The notes beneath the pieces were generated by a model. That model was given only the letters and a program-made list of their open reading frames with translations, did not search any database and was not told where the DNA came from. A DNA stretch of 64,000 bases, taken from NCBI GenBank assembly GCA_003693705.1, contig RBZT01000527.1:62001-126000 (forward strand). Reading direction: 5' to 3'. Origin of the DNA: Polymyxa betae A26-41 (taxonomy: Eukaryota > Protista > Endomyxa: Phytomyxea). Shown here piece after piece: positions 33,600-45,536 of the stretch (its first letter is position 1; the number at the start of each line of letters is the position of its first letter). The translations under genes and the position numbers were made by a program.

Positions 33600-36161
33600 T
33601 TATTGATAGGTTTTTGCTAAATGAGGCGGATCTGATAGTGGGATGGTGCCTGATCAAACAATAAGTATGAGTCATAACTGCTCATACAAGCATACTAATA
33701 AACTGCTGGACTATGCCGGACTCGCTTCGGAAATGTTCAGTAAAGTGAATCAACACTAAGGCACCAATTCTTTAATCCGAATTGACACTAGCTTCTTCAG
33801 AATCTTACCCATCATAGAAAGAATAACTTCGAAAGGTAGAATTGCAAACATGGCAAAGATCAAGGCGTTCAGAGCCATAAACTGTCTGGATCTTAATGGA
33901 GAAACCCAGGTGTACAACCCCTTCACTTTCGTGATATAATGATTTGCAGCATTTAACTTGTTCTGAACTATCTCCAGAGCTGATTTCGCACTGACAAATG
34001 ATTGCTGATAGTCATCTACTTTGTTTTTTATCCTGTTGATTAAAGAGGCACCGAATAACTGCAACAAAGTCAGCGCTATAATATTCTTTGAGGGTTCAGA
34101 TGCCAACCTTCTCAACAAAAAACTTTCGATCTTGCTGTGCTGGTTCCGTTTGAGGTTTATCCGAAAAGCAAACAAACAAGTCGGAGATAACATCGGGTCG
34201 CTCAGCAAGAATCCAAAGAAGGAGATAATTACCAAAAAAGAAAATGGCCTTTGTGAAAGTGAAAAAATATTATTTGAGCCGATATTGGGGTTTACCGGAA
34301 TATATACAAGCCACTTCATATACGCCATGAACAGGATGGCACCAACAAAAGAGGCAGTCGCAGTGGGATTCTGCCACGAATGTAAGTATGAATGTATCTG
34401 AGAAAGGACATCGAGAGGTGCAATAAGGGCGGCAAACGTTTTGGCTGCATCGGATAGCTGGCCAAGGTCTAGTTTGTCTCTCCTTGGAGCGTTCGTCAAT
34501 GGATTGTCGATAAGCTCCAGCATTCGGGGATCCCACCTAACGATTCAAGTCCTTTGTTGAATTCTGGTTTTCCTTAATAACCTACATTGGATCATCTAGA
34601 ATTCGGGAAGGCGCCCTGGAGAAAAGGGACGAAAGCAAAGAGCAGGACATAGTCATGTCATGAAATTGACATGTTAGTAGCTGAAGGTACTCTTCAGATT
34701 CAGTAGCAGACATTGTGGAAAAGAACGTTATCCTCTATATCGTGTCAGAGCTTTTTGTTCAAAGAATGAATAGCGACCTACGCGATTGTGGCAGGGAAAT
34801 CGCGTCTTCCTTAAAGCTTGAGCTCGAAGAGCATCATCAATGGCTTCATGAAGTATACATTGACGAACCTTATACAGGGCATGATCAGTACAGATATATA
34901 TGAAGCAGTACATTTTACAATAGGAATCTGTGTTTGTCGGCACAGCTCAAGAGCTCTAAGAAGACATTGCAGATATTCCAAACAGAATTCTCGTTCATGC
35001 TCTGTCGAAAACGCAATCTCCATATTCGACCGAGGAGGAGATGCAGCATCTCCAGCGGAAGATTTGCGAGAGCCCGATCTGTTCTCTGGAGGCGATTCGG
35101 GAGAAGCCTCGGATGTCTCGAGATTACTGTCGGATGTTTCGCCATCCGAACCAGCTTGAGTAATTGCGACGTCAAATTCAAGGATGAGAGTATAACCAGT
35201 TTTGAACACGCCTCTTTGACTAGGAGAGATTTGCACCAGATGGTTTAATGGATACCTAGCTTGCAGACTCAAGACGCCCGAAAAGCCAGTAGAAATATGC
35301 TTACATGATAGTCCGACGAAGAATCTGAAGTTGAACTGATGTTTGAAATGCTATTATTGAATCGGTGACTATAAAGGTTCCAGTGGCGTTGCCCAGGGTT
35401 TGTTTTAAACTTGCGTTGTTAGAGACGAACACTATTCGCTCTCGTAAGATCATCCTTAAATTAGTTCAAGAAGGAAAGAGAACCAAGACAGCAACGTACT
35501 CTTCATCGTCAGAAAGTGAGCTGGGATCGCTTGTAGAGAATCCGGAGCCGGAACTAACAGCTTCAATCAATGCCTGATGCGTCTGTAGCTTCTTGCTTTC
35601 ATCAAACTCCAGCTTCAAAGCGTCAACGTATGATTGGAAAGATGATAGCTACAACATCCAAAGTAACTGATTTGACGACCCGTTCAGCAAGACACTGACA
35701 GTGATGTGCTTTTCAAACAGAACATCATTTGGAACTGGGACCGAGCACAATATCTCAAAAATCCTGACACGGAAGCCTTCAAAAAACAAGCTTTTGAGGA
35801 ACGTTATCAAAATACCGATCTGGACACTGCCTTGGCGCCAATGGAAACAGAAGTGGCGCCATTTGAACGAAGCGATCCAGCATAATAACTGGAACACCGG
35901 GCTCCCTCAGCATATCAAATGCCAATTTGGTATTTTCAAACAAAAAAGAATGTCGCGACCTTGCAGTCGCCATTATGACATAATCTGAAAAGTCTGCACA
36001 TGTTCTGGTCCAATTTCAGAGCGGCACCAGAGTTGTTTTCCGATAGTTTACGATGTCCGCTGTAGATACGACTTGAAATAAAGATTCAGTTGTGGCAGAG
36101 TCAAGCCAAGCACCATCGTGCAGCGCTCTAGTAGATCAGGTTCGCTCGTGACCGGATTCAT
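33600..36161 (-). CDS. Multi-exon membrane protein with a PH/GRAM-like segment and PRT_C (MCTP/GRAMD4-type) C-terminal TM region
   Basis: LHSWQNPTAT..TM, IVQNKL..ITKVKGLYTWVSP..TM, and PH-like IAFSTEHEREFCLEYL. Confidence 0.6.
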
Positions 36162-36239
36162 GATGAATTCAGCATGCAGTAGACCTCGTATTATTGGTAC
36201 CTTCCATTTACAAAAATAAATTCAGGACGCGGCCTCTTC

Positions 36240-37294
36240 TTATATTTCATTCTGTTTGTTTATTTCCGAGTTCATCTCAAGGAGGCTTTCATTATCAGCG
36301 ATTCGTGATGAGGTGTCTTTCCGAGGACCAACATTGACGTCGCTCGGATAGAATCCCAGGGTGATGTGAAAATCGGCGGGATCAAGCTCTAATCTGGATC
36401 GCACCAGATCGCCAAATGGCCACGATACGATTACGAATACCGCTGTACTTCCTTCATGCTCGACTTTGCCCATTCCTTGGCTTTCCCATGAGTTTACAGG
36501 AATATCTTTAGCAACTCTATCACAAATTGTTATAAATATGTTTATGAAAGCGATCTTGCGCTCCTCCTCATCTTCGATTGCCGAAAATTCGTCAGAAGAT
36601 AACATCTGGCGAACTTCTGTCTTAGACATCAAAGTAATATGATGCATATCCATGCAATCACGTTTTTTACGAGCGTCGATCCATTCTGTCGGGACTTTCT
36701 TTGAATGAATGGCCGCACAGGCTTCAATCATTGCTCCTTCCAAGCAAACGTATTCTCTGATAAATATCGCATCGTATAGTAGATCGGAACAATGCGATAA
36801 ACAGGAACGATCAGTGACGAAAAGTGCTCTTTCGTGAGAGCTGATATTGCGGCTAAAATGGATTAGTCCACATTCTTCAGCAATTTTATGAAGGACCCGC
36901 CTTTGTCCAGAAGACAAACCAAGGAATACCAATTCCAGACAATACAAATTGAACTTGTGCTGAAGTAAGAAATCTTTGACATCCTTCAAAAATGTCGACA
37001 TTGACTCAAATATGACAGGGGAGAATTCATCTTCGTGGGCTCCGATCCCATCTGTAAAAACAGATGTTCGAAAACAACGGATCATCTAGTCTCCCAACAG
37101 ATTCTACAGCGATCGTGACCATCTGACTCCAGCTGCTTGCCAGGTTGTCGCACTTTGTCCAAATTTGCGTAATTTTTTAAAATCAATAAAACATTGCTAT
37201 TGACGCTCGTTGTCACATCTTCATGAGTCAGCATATTTTTTAAGAACATCTTACAGCGGTAGAGAACAGAGTTGGAATAGGCATAAGAAGGCAT
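36240..37294 (-). CDS. R3H domain + 2H phosphoesterase fusion protein
   Basis: R3H motif GLSSGQRRVLHKIAEECGLIHFS, and two HxT motifs HHITLM and DFHITLGF. The upstream ORF joins in frame through one GT-AG intron; start uncertain. Confidence 0.8.
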
Positions 37295-37728
37295 AGGATA
37301 TCATCAAGGCCAATCCCAGGGATTACGTGTTCTTAGGATTGGGATTGCTTATTCTTTGCCGATTTCCGCCATCACACATTCCTATTCTTTCGTACCTTGG
37401 GTTGTAAAGTTCTGATTGTGCTGCTTTGGTCCTGATGTCCCTACCCGAGAGTTACATCATGTGAATTGTATTTTGTTTGATTTTCCCGCTACAGTGCCCC
37501 GACTTCTTTAACATTCGGATCAGATTTCAGTTACGACAATAATGTCTATTGCCGATATCAGCAGCGAAGCGGGACCCTTCACTTGTTCCAGATTCGACCG
37601 ATTCATATGAAGTTTCGGATCCGGCAAAATGTTCATTCAAAAACAAGACAGCTGGTTGTATACGGCTGTGGTTTGCCATCGATTGCTAGGATAGCCGACA
37701 GCGCTCATTCCTTTTCGGATAAACAAAC

Positions 37729-38658
37729 ATGACACGTCAGCGAGGAAGTCCAACCTTAAAGCGTTTCGTCGAGATCGGCGAAGGATTTTTTCATTTACGC
37801 ACCACATACCGAGTTGGATTTCTATTCGATATTGGCTCGCAAATGGCTTTGTGTCGCCTCAGCAATGGGCGATTCCTAGTCCTTGACACCGTCAAGCTGT
37901 CAAATGATGAAAAACATGATATCAATTACTTGACCAACAATGGTGCCTTAGTCGAATCCATCATTGGTAATCGCTATTTGCATCGATTGCATTTGCTGAA
38001 AACCTTTTGAAGCAACGCATCCGTTCCATACATCAGGCTTTAACGACTTTTACAAGATGTATCCTAGTGCCAAATACTATGGAACGCCTCGCCATCTACG
38101 CGTTTGCCTAGACATACCTTGGGCAGGCAATTTAAATGACGCCTCTGTTCGTAACCAATGTAAGGGATATTGGGATGCATATTCGGCTACGAAATCAATG
38201 ATCTCTGTACAGGGGAGGGTTATGGTGTTTACCTTCGTATTCCTGAAGGATGCGAATTCGTCAATCCGCAGCCAGAATCTTATAATCATTTCTGCAACAT
38301 CTTCGTGTACCATCGGATGAGTAGAACGTTATACAACGATGATACCATTGTTAACTGGGTCGGATCGTATTTCAATCCGACGTCCTGGGTTGCTCAAAAT
38401 GGTTTGCGATTCCATCCTACATTGACAAATGTTGGCCTATACCCAACCAAAGATGCTCCATTGGCGTTTAAGAAATGGATGATCCAATTGCTGGAAGATT
38501 TTGATTTTGACATTCTGTGCACTGCCCATAATGAAAATGTTATCGGCGGCGCTAAAGAAGCAATCAGAAAACTTCTCAAAGACAATGACTCAGTTCTCAA
38601 TGATCTAGCTGCCAAGAACGCTGCCAAAGAAGGTCAGGCAATTACGGTCGGTCACTAA
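37729..38658 (+). CDS. Metallo-beta-lactamase-fold (DUF4336-like) protein, copy 1
   Basis: DIGSQMALCRL, ATHPFHT, YYGTPRH, HFCNIFVYH, NDDT, LCTAHN; two introns. Confidence 0.7.
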
Positions 38659-38746
38659 ATTTACATTGCAAGACATTCTCAATACAGTGATTCTTTCACT
38701 TGGTGCGATGATTTCTAGGTCATATCTGCTTGCTGAAGTTTAAGAG

Positions 38747-38770
38747 TGATTGATTGATTGATTGATTGAT
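38747..38770. repeat. (TGAT)6 microsatellite
   Basis: Seen directly between the tandem paralogs. Confidence 0.95.
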
Positions 38771-39017
38771 GTCTGCCTTGCTTCTGACCCGTTGACCGTG
38801 CTGTCCGCACCCTAAACATTGGAGCCGCGCAGCTGACTTGACGATTCCCGGTGCTTCCAGATAACACCAAGAACAGGTGAAGTTGAATAAACCACCGTCA
38901 CCTTGGACGAATGTCCAATGTGCCTCTGTGTAACATAATTGGACTGCGTTGCAGATGGTCTTGTTGTGATGAGGCAAGAGACTAGAGAGTGAAGAATCAA
39001 AAGTCTGCGTATGATCT

Positions 39018-39941
39018 ATGGCGAATACGACGACAACCCTGAAGTCGTTCGTCCAGATTGCTGATGGATTCTATCATCGTCGCGCATGCTTTATGAAGGG
39101 ATATGTGCTGGACATCGGCACGCACATGGCGTTGTGTCGTCTAACCAATGGTCGTTATCTAGTCCTGGACACTGTGAAGCTGTCCGAGCACGATAAAGCT
39201 GATGTTAATGCTCTAACTGATAGTGGAAACCTAATCGATGGCGTGATTGGTAAAATATCATATTTACAACTCAAATTTGTTTTCAATCGTGATAGCAACC
39301 CATCCGTTTCACACTGTAGCATTCCAAGATTTCTACGCGAATTTCCCAAATTTAAAATACTACGGAACACCTCGTCATTTACGTAATCTACCGACAATCC
39401 CTTGGACGGGCGACGTTAGCAATGCTGATGTTCGGAAACTGTGTATATCAGATCACTTTGGGAAGGTTTCTTAACTTTTAAAGCGTCGATAGGGGAACCC
39501 TATGGAGTGTACATGCGAATTCCAGATGGTAGCGAATTCGTCAATCCTGCTGAAGACAACCATTTCAGTAATGTCTTCGTATACCACAAGCCGAGTAAAA
39601 CTGTGTTTAACGACGACACGATTTTATTCCTAAAAGTTTCCCGGCTTTCTCCGATATCTTGGTTTGTTAACCAAGGGATAATGTTCCATCCAACGTTAAC
39701 CACTATTGGTCTTTATCCGACCAAAGAAGCGCCACTCGAATTTAAGTGCTGGATGACAGATATGCTGAACGATTGGGAGTTCGAACACCTATGTACGGCC
39801 CATAATTCTAATATTATCGGTGGTGCTCATGCTGCAGTTAAAAGTCTGCTTCAAAAAATTAGTCCTGTTCTTGATAATCTATCTGCAAAAAATGGAGCTC
39901 AAGAACAGCAGTCTTCAGAGCAAAAATCGGCAAGAGGGTAA
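39018..39941 (+). CDS. Metallo-beta-lactamase-fold (DUF4336-like) protein, copy 2
   Basis: Same motifs (DIGTHMALCRL, ATHPFHT, NDDT, LCTAHN) and the same two intron positions as copy 1. Confidence 0.7.
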
Positions 39942-40201
39942 AACAATATCGGGAACGATCGTTTTTATTCGATCATAAATCTATGCAAATGGATTTTCAG
40001 AAAGTCGAACCAATCCCCTGGCAATGGTTGTCATTGTTCTGGATAATATGCAGATACTCTAATCAATAATTGGCCGGAGCTATAGCGGTCGGTAATGATC
40101 GGTATGGAGTCAACTGAGAGGCACGAGTCCTTGTCGCTGATCGTTATTAGAAGCACCTCGGCAGAACTCAGACAAACCAGCAGTACGACCGAAATCGTAC
40201 A

Positions 40202-40663
40202 ATGAGCGAGCACAGCGATGATAGTGACACTGAATTCTTTGAAGGCAAATATACAAAGGATGATGATGTTTTTGGTATTACCCCAAAAGGCAAGACCAAA
40301 CTTATTGGTAGTTACGAATCAACTGCTGCTTCACGAAGTGCAGCGACATCACCAAAAACTCAATCGCCAACGTCGACATTTAAACCGAAACCGGTGAAAC
40401 AAAAACTGCAAACGCAGCAAACTCAAGGATTCAACGGCAAAGCAACGTTTGGCAGCAAAGCAATGAGTAAAATCAACGCATTGCTGGGAAGGTCGAAACC
40501 ATGGACAGAAGACGATCCGGTCAGAGAATGCAGATTATTTGCTTGATCCGGAACTGATCTGATTTTACAGCCAGCATCATTATTTTCAATTGAAGGCCAT
40601 GCCAACTTCTTTGCCACTCTCGACGAGAGCGTCCTTGTTGATCATCCAAGCCTACTGATATAG
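40202..40663 (+). CDS. Small 2-exon hypothetical protein
   Basis: An intron after DDP joins exon 2, PASLFSIEGHANFFATLDESVLVDHPSLLI*. Confidence 0.55.
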
Positions 40664-40707
40664 TAGTAAATGTCATGGAATAAGTAAAACGTCAAAGTAT
40701 ACTGTTA

Positions 40708-40907
40708 GGCCATCTCCAGAAGTGATAACAAAACAGCCATTCAAATCGATTTGTGTTTGGCGACGCGACGCCACGTTTGGATGCCACGGAAAAACCCGAT
40801 TTTTGCGCCAAAATCCGGTTTTAAAATCCTATTCTGACTTGGATTTTCGACTGAAAAACCGGATGTTAGCGCAAAAACGGGGTTTTCCGTGTCATCCAAA
40901 CGCGCCC
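40708..40907. mobile_element. Non-autonomous PIF/Harbinger (Tourist-like) MITE, 200 bp
   Basis: Flanked by TTA on both sides (40705-07, 40908-10). Ends are GGCCATCTCCA... and ...CATCCAAACGCGCCC. Imperfect ~50-bp inverted repeat spans 40774-40902. Confidence 0.65.
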
Positions 40908-40962
40908 TTAACGCATACCTAGCCATCAGGCCACGCCGCCGTGTCGCAACCAAACTTCCAAC

Positions 40963-41742
40963 ATGATGGCTCATGGCTCTCAACGTTCTTACCTGTTCTT
41001 TTACAATTCTTTATCCTGCATCCTCTGGCTTCATGTATTCTCCCTTCTAGCTCGTAGTGTGATCCAGGGCACCATATCGACCAGCTTCTTTTCCGATCAT
41101 CAATTGGCGATCTGCCTGGCGCAATTCATTGCCGTGTTCGAGATTGTTCATGCTGCTCTTGGTTGGGTCTCTTCTCCTGTCTTAACTGTCGCAATTCAAG
41201 TCGGATCAAGGTTTCTTGTTCTCTTCGGTATCTTGAATCAGGTTTGCTTAGGAAACTGAACTACCAAGGGTTTCTCATTGTTTGTCTATCTAGGTAAAGT
41301 CACTGCAGACGCATTGGGTAGTTTTAATACTACTGTTTGCATGGGCATCTTCAGAGATCCCTCGCTACCTTTATTATGCAATGAACCTTTGCGGTGCGGT
41401 TCCATACTGGCTGCTTTGGATGCGATATTCTTTCTTTCTGGTATAATGAAAATCTGAGATTGTTCTTATTGCTCAAACAAGCACAATTAGGTTCTGTATC
41501 CTCTTGGGATATCATCCGAATTGTTTTGCATCTTCAATGGGATGTCACTCTTTAAAGAAACAGGGAAGTGGAGTATTGAGATGCCAAATCAATTCAATTT
41601 CGCCTTTTCATATTACTATCTGTTAATCTGGATCTTAATCCTTTATGTTCCTGGATCACCTCACATGTATCTGCACATGTACCGCCAGCGTGCCAAGCAT
41701 TTAGCACCGAAGACCAACAAAATGCTTTTTAAAAAAGCTTAA
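40963..41742 (+). CDS. HACD: Very-long-chain 3-hydroxyacyl-CoA dehydratase (PHS1/PTPLA)
   Basis: YLFFYN, EIVHAALG, QVGSR, WASSEIPRY, WMRYSFFL|VLYPLGISSE, MYLHMYRQRAK. Confidence 0.95.
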
Positions 41743-41797
41743 ATGTTTCAACACATTTTATATGTTTAATAATCGTATTCATAAATAGAGACTGGTC

Positions 41798-43610
41798 TTA
41801 ACGACGTCCGAGTTTGACAGAAACTAAGCGTCCTTTACTTCGCTTGTCACGCTCCATCCGATCGAGTGTCTTCTTCACACGGGCCGCTCTCGATAAATCA
41901 CCAGCAGCGGCAACTCGCCGAGGCTCGACTTCCTCATCCATATCGGGCACACGAGATTGTGGCATTATACAGTAATCAAACACCGCTTTCTCTGGACGAG
42001 CAGCATGATGGCTTTGATAATTAATCATGGGTCGGTCTGATGACGACTTCAGCTTTGCTAAGCGGCTCTTCGTCTGTGCAGCGTTTTTTTCAGCATAATC
42101 ATGAATCTTTCGGTAATCAGTATCAGCTTGCATTAAAGGACGCGACCATTTTTCAATCAACGAATGCAGAAGGTGGCGATTCTTTGGCGTTTCTTGTTTC
42201 TTCTTCCAAATATTCATCAGCACTATACCCAAACCCTCGCTTTCATGAAGATAATCACTGTCGATTGGTAGGATCTGCAACAGTTCGTATATGCGAGTCC
42301 TTAAAGTCAAATTCGGTAACGAGCCATCCGGCAAATTCTGAAGCCAATCACGAAACTTTCGTAAAAGGCCCGAATCAAGAAGCATTTCATGCATGCGTGA
42401 CTTTCTGCACTCAGCTTCGACTTCGTCGAGGAGCTTTAACTTTTGAACTGCGGGTTTCTTCTGCCTGTAGGCTTCTTCGTCTGCCTGAACAGGATGTCAC
42501 AAGATTGAGGTGAAAATACGTTCGATATCACCTCGCAGGCTTTTTCCATACGTTCGATTAAGTCAGGTGCAATAGCCTCCATCTCCTCAGTCGTCATTTC
42601 TATCTTCTTGCGGCTACGGCGCCCCAGTTTCATCGATTGTACTACACGGTCGAAAATCGATAATTCCTTTTCTTCCTTATCTTCTTCATCACTGGATTCA
42701 ATGGATTCTTCAGTGGGTTCACTCTGAACGGCTTTTCTCAACTTTCGTTTCTTTTTTGCTGGCTGAGTTTCGTTTACTTCAGCATTTTGCTGATCTTGGG
42801 ATTCTTTCGGATTTGACAATCTCCATTCGGCCATCTCCTTTTGGAATCTTTCCTTATCGGCAGCAGCTTTTTCAAGAAAAGGCTGCATTTTATAGACTTT
42901 AACAAAACGTACATAAAAACAGATTTAACGAACCTTTTTGTCCTCATCAGAAAGTTCTTTCCACAAATTTCCAAGCAACCTTCCCAGCTCTTCAAAGGTG
43001 ATATCAGCGTTCTCTTCCTTTATACGAGGCCTTCTATCTTGAGAAAAAAACATGAAAGCAGTAAGAGGGCGTTTAGGCTGTCCGGGAGCCGCCTTTTTTG
43101 TTCTCTTCTTAGGGATCTTAGATCTAAACGAAATTAGAGCTGAATCAGTAAAGTGTTTGGACATACAGCCTAGATTTTTTTCTCTTCTTCTGAGGTTCCT
43201 CTTCATCTTCGTCGTGATCAGGATCCTCATGAGCGCTATCATCAGATGGAGCAAACGAGCCGTGCTCGGACTCGTAATCAATTTCGGCAGATTTCTCATC
43301 GATAAATTTCTGCAATAGATCCTTGATGCGATTCTTCTCGGCTTTACTAAGTTCATCAATGTTGAGCTACACAAGTTTAAACGGGACGACTTAAACTCGA
43401 ACACAAAGAGGTCACCTCAGCCATCACTCGTTGTCGAACCCCTCTTTCAGTCATATCGGGCGATTGAAGGTCAAGTTCGGATAGCACCTTGTGCATGGCA
43501 TCATCCAGCCCTGGAGAAAGGCGGTCTGGGTCGGGCTTCTCAGATGATCCGGCGACATCGCCGTTCTGATTAGAAGCCTGATCTGCAGCGATGGGATCCT
43601 CAGTGGCCAT
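41798..43610 (-). CDS. IWS1: IWS1/Spn1 transcription elongation factor with N-terminal DEK-C-like domain and HMG box, 5 exons
   Basis: KPAVQKLKLL, WLQNLPDGSLPN, LIEKWSRP, HMG box PKRPLTAFMFFSQDRR..LGNLWKEL. Four GT-AG introns keep a single frame. Confidence 0.88.
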
Positions 43611-44108
43611 TTTGACGTCAAGCGGACAACGACGTCAGCCGACCGATTGGTAGGATTGATGGGTAATAGAGCCTGCCGGCCGCACTATGTGATTGCCCGT
43701 CAGTATTCGGTCATTCGTCCATATCACGAACCTTCGCCAAATCACTTTGTGTGATACATTTCAATCCAGGCTTCTTGATATTCTGGTTTATCGAGGAGAA
43801 CATGCTTGTGGACGGATTGACTTGATATCGAAGATCATTCAATTTATTTAGATACTGAGATGCTGCCTAAATGTATAGTCTGGTAGAATTCCACAAAGTA
43901 CCCTACTGTTGACAGGTTGTCGATTAGACTGGTAATATGCTCAGTTTCTGGATGCAGCATTGAACTTGAAAGCTTGACAAGAACAAATTTCAATCTGCGC
44001 AGTTCTAAATCTCTAGTACAGTAGGCAAATACCTACAGGGAATCCGGTTTGTCTGGTCTCTTTCGTCACGAGCAAATTTCGGTTGTCAAAATCGTTTTTA
44101 AATCCGCC

Positions 44109-45536
44109 ATGGATACAATCGACTTCGACGCTGTTATCCAAAATCCGTTGAAATTCATTGATGACATCTTCCAGCGAGTCAAATCACCTTTACAATCGAC
44201 CGATACAGATTGGGGAGAAGAGAAGCTCTTAGAGGAAGTCGCTGAAGCTGTCAAGAGCAAACTTGAACCATGTGGTGATGGTTTGATTCGACTATGTGGA
44301 ATGATAACAGAGAGCAAAGGCAGTGAATTCTATAGTGGCGTATATCGTGATCCAGTCAGCAATCAGGTTCATTCAGGAAAGTATCGAGATTCTGCCCCGT
44401 ACGATTGCTGTGATGAGCAATCTCAACGTGTATTCGCTCGTGAAGTCTTCGTTCTGTCAGAAATCCCAGGTCCAAGTTCCTGGATCAAGTGTTCGAATCC
44501 TTTCCTAAGTACAGATCGGGTGTTCTTGAAGGTTCTGGAGCAAGGCAAGATGTATCAAGTTGGGCAACTGGTCGACGTAATTGGAATTCGATCTCAGGAA
44601 TCACCCTCAATCATTCATCAAGTATGGAGCCAGGAATTCTCTTTGTTCTCGATGTCGAAGCCAATGTCAAGTCTGTTATCGGTTCGAGGAGATCTCATCC
44701 AGTTCCTTGCTTATGCTCTTGGAAATGACTATAAGGCTGCCCAATATGTTCTTATACATATGATATCACGAGTTCATTCCCGAGTTCCTCAACAAAGTGT
44801 CGCTATCGGCAACTTTCCAATTCACTTACTGCCGTCGACAGAAGCGGCCGCTCTGATCATGTCGAACAGAATTCAAGAATTGTACTCGCTGTTATTGCCT
44901 TTTACTACGAGTTTGGATGTTTCCATAGAGACGTTGTCCTCTTTTACGAAAATCAGTCCTCGAATGGATTACGAAGCAGAAGAACTGATCTCTGGGCCTC
45001 TACATCTAGCCCCCGGAACTGTACTGATCCTCGATCAAACAAAGATGGAGTCAGGAAAACTAGAAGAGCATGCCCTTCGAAATCTGAAAACTCTCCAACG
45101 CTTGGCAAGCGAACAGAAGTTATCGTTTGATTTCATGTATGATATCGACTTCGAAGTTGATATCCCTGTTCTCGTAATGGCTAAAGAGAGAACTACATTA
45201 ATACCCACTCAATATAAGGTCGGGATTGGTGGAGTTGATCCTCTTCCAGAATATATTGATTATCGTATTGACGACGGTATTTTGGAGGGCTGGCGACAAT
45301 ATATTGCATCTGCCCGACGAATGACAGTACAGCTATCTGAAGGGATCAGTGAAAAAGCCAGAAAGGACTTCCTCGATCACAAACTCAAGGCTGAGGAAAT
45401 GCATCAAGTTCTCAACCTCGCACGTTTACTGAGCGCTTCTTATTTGGAATCGGAATTTACTGAGGCCATCTGGGACGAAGCCTTCTCATTGGAAAAGGAT
45501 CGGTCCAATAATTTCTCTACAAACAGTAAATGCTGA
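44109..45536 (+). CDS. MCMBP: Mini-chromosome maintenance complex-binding protein, intronless
   Basis: GKYRD, IPG..SW, LGND..AAQYVLIHMISRV, PRMDY..LISGPLHLAPGT..LD. Confidence 0.9.
   Translation: MDTIDFDAVIQNPLKFIDDIFQRVKSPLQSTDTDWGEEKLLEEVAEAVKSKLEPCGDGLIRLCGMITESKGSEFYSGVYRDPVSNQVHSGKYRDSAPYDCCDEQSQRVFAREVFVLSEIPGPSSWIKCSNPFLSTDRVFLKVLEQGKMYQVGQLVDVIGIRSQESPSIIHQVWSQEFSLFSMSKPMSSLLSVRGDLIQFLAYALGNDYKAAQYVLIHMISRVHSRVPQQSVAIGNFPIHLLPSTEAAALIMSNRIQELYSLLLPFTTSLDVSIETLSSFTKISPRMDYEAEELISGPLHLAPGTVLILDQTKMESGKLEEHALRNLKTLQRLASEQKLSFDFMYDIDFEVDIPVLVMAKERTTLIPTQYKVGIGGVDPLPEYIDYRIDDGILEGWRQYIASARRMTVQLSEGISEKARKDFLDHKLKAEEMHQVLNLARLLSASYLESEFTEAIWDEAFSLEKDRSNNFSTNSKC

Noticed and set aside
38720-38977. 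Minus-strand ORF with two CxxC pairs between the MBL paralogs
   Set aside because: It has a non-ATG start, runs into the microsatellite and is short; probably chance.
26145-41742. Lipid-metabolism gene cluster (SRD5A3, 2x DGAT2, HACD)
   Set aside because: The genes belong to different pathways and are interspersed with unrelated genes; there is no evidence of a functional cluster.
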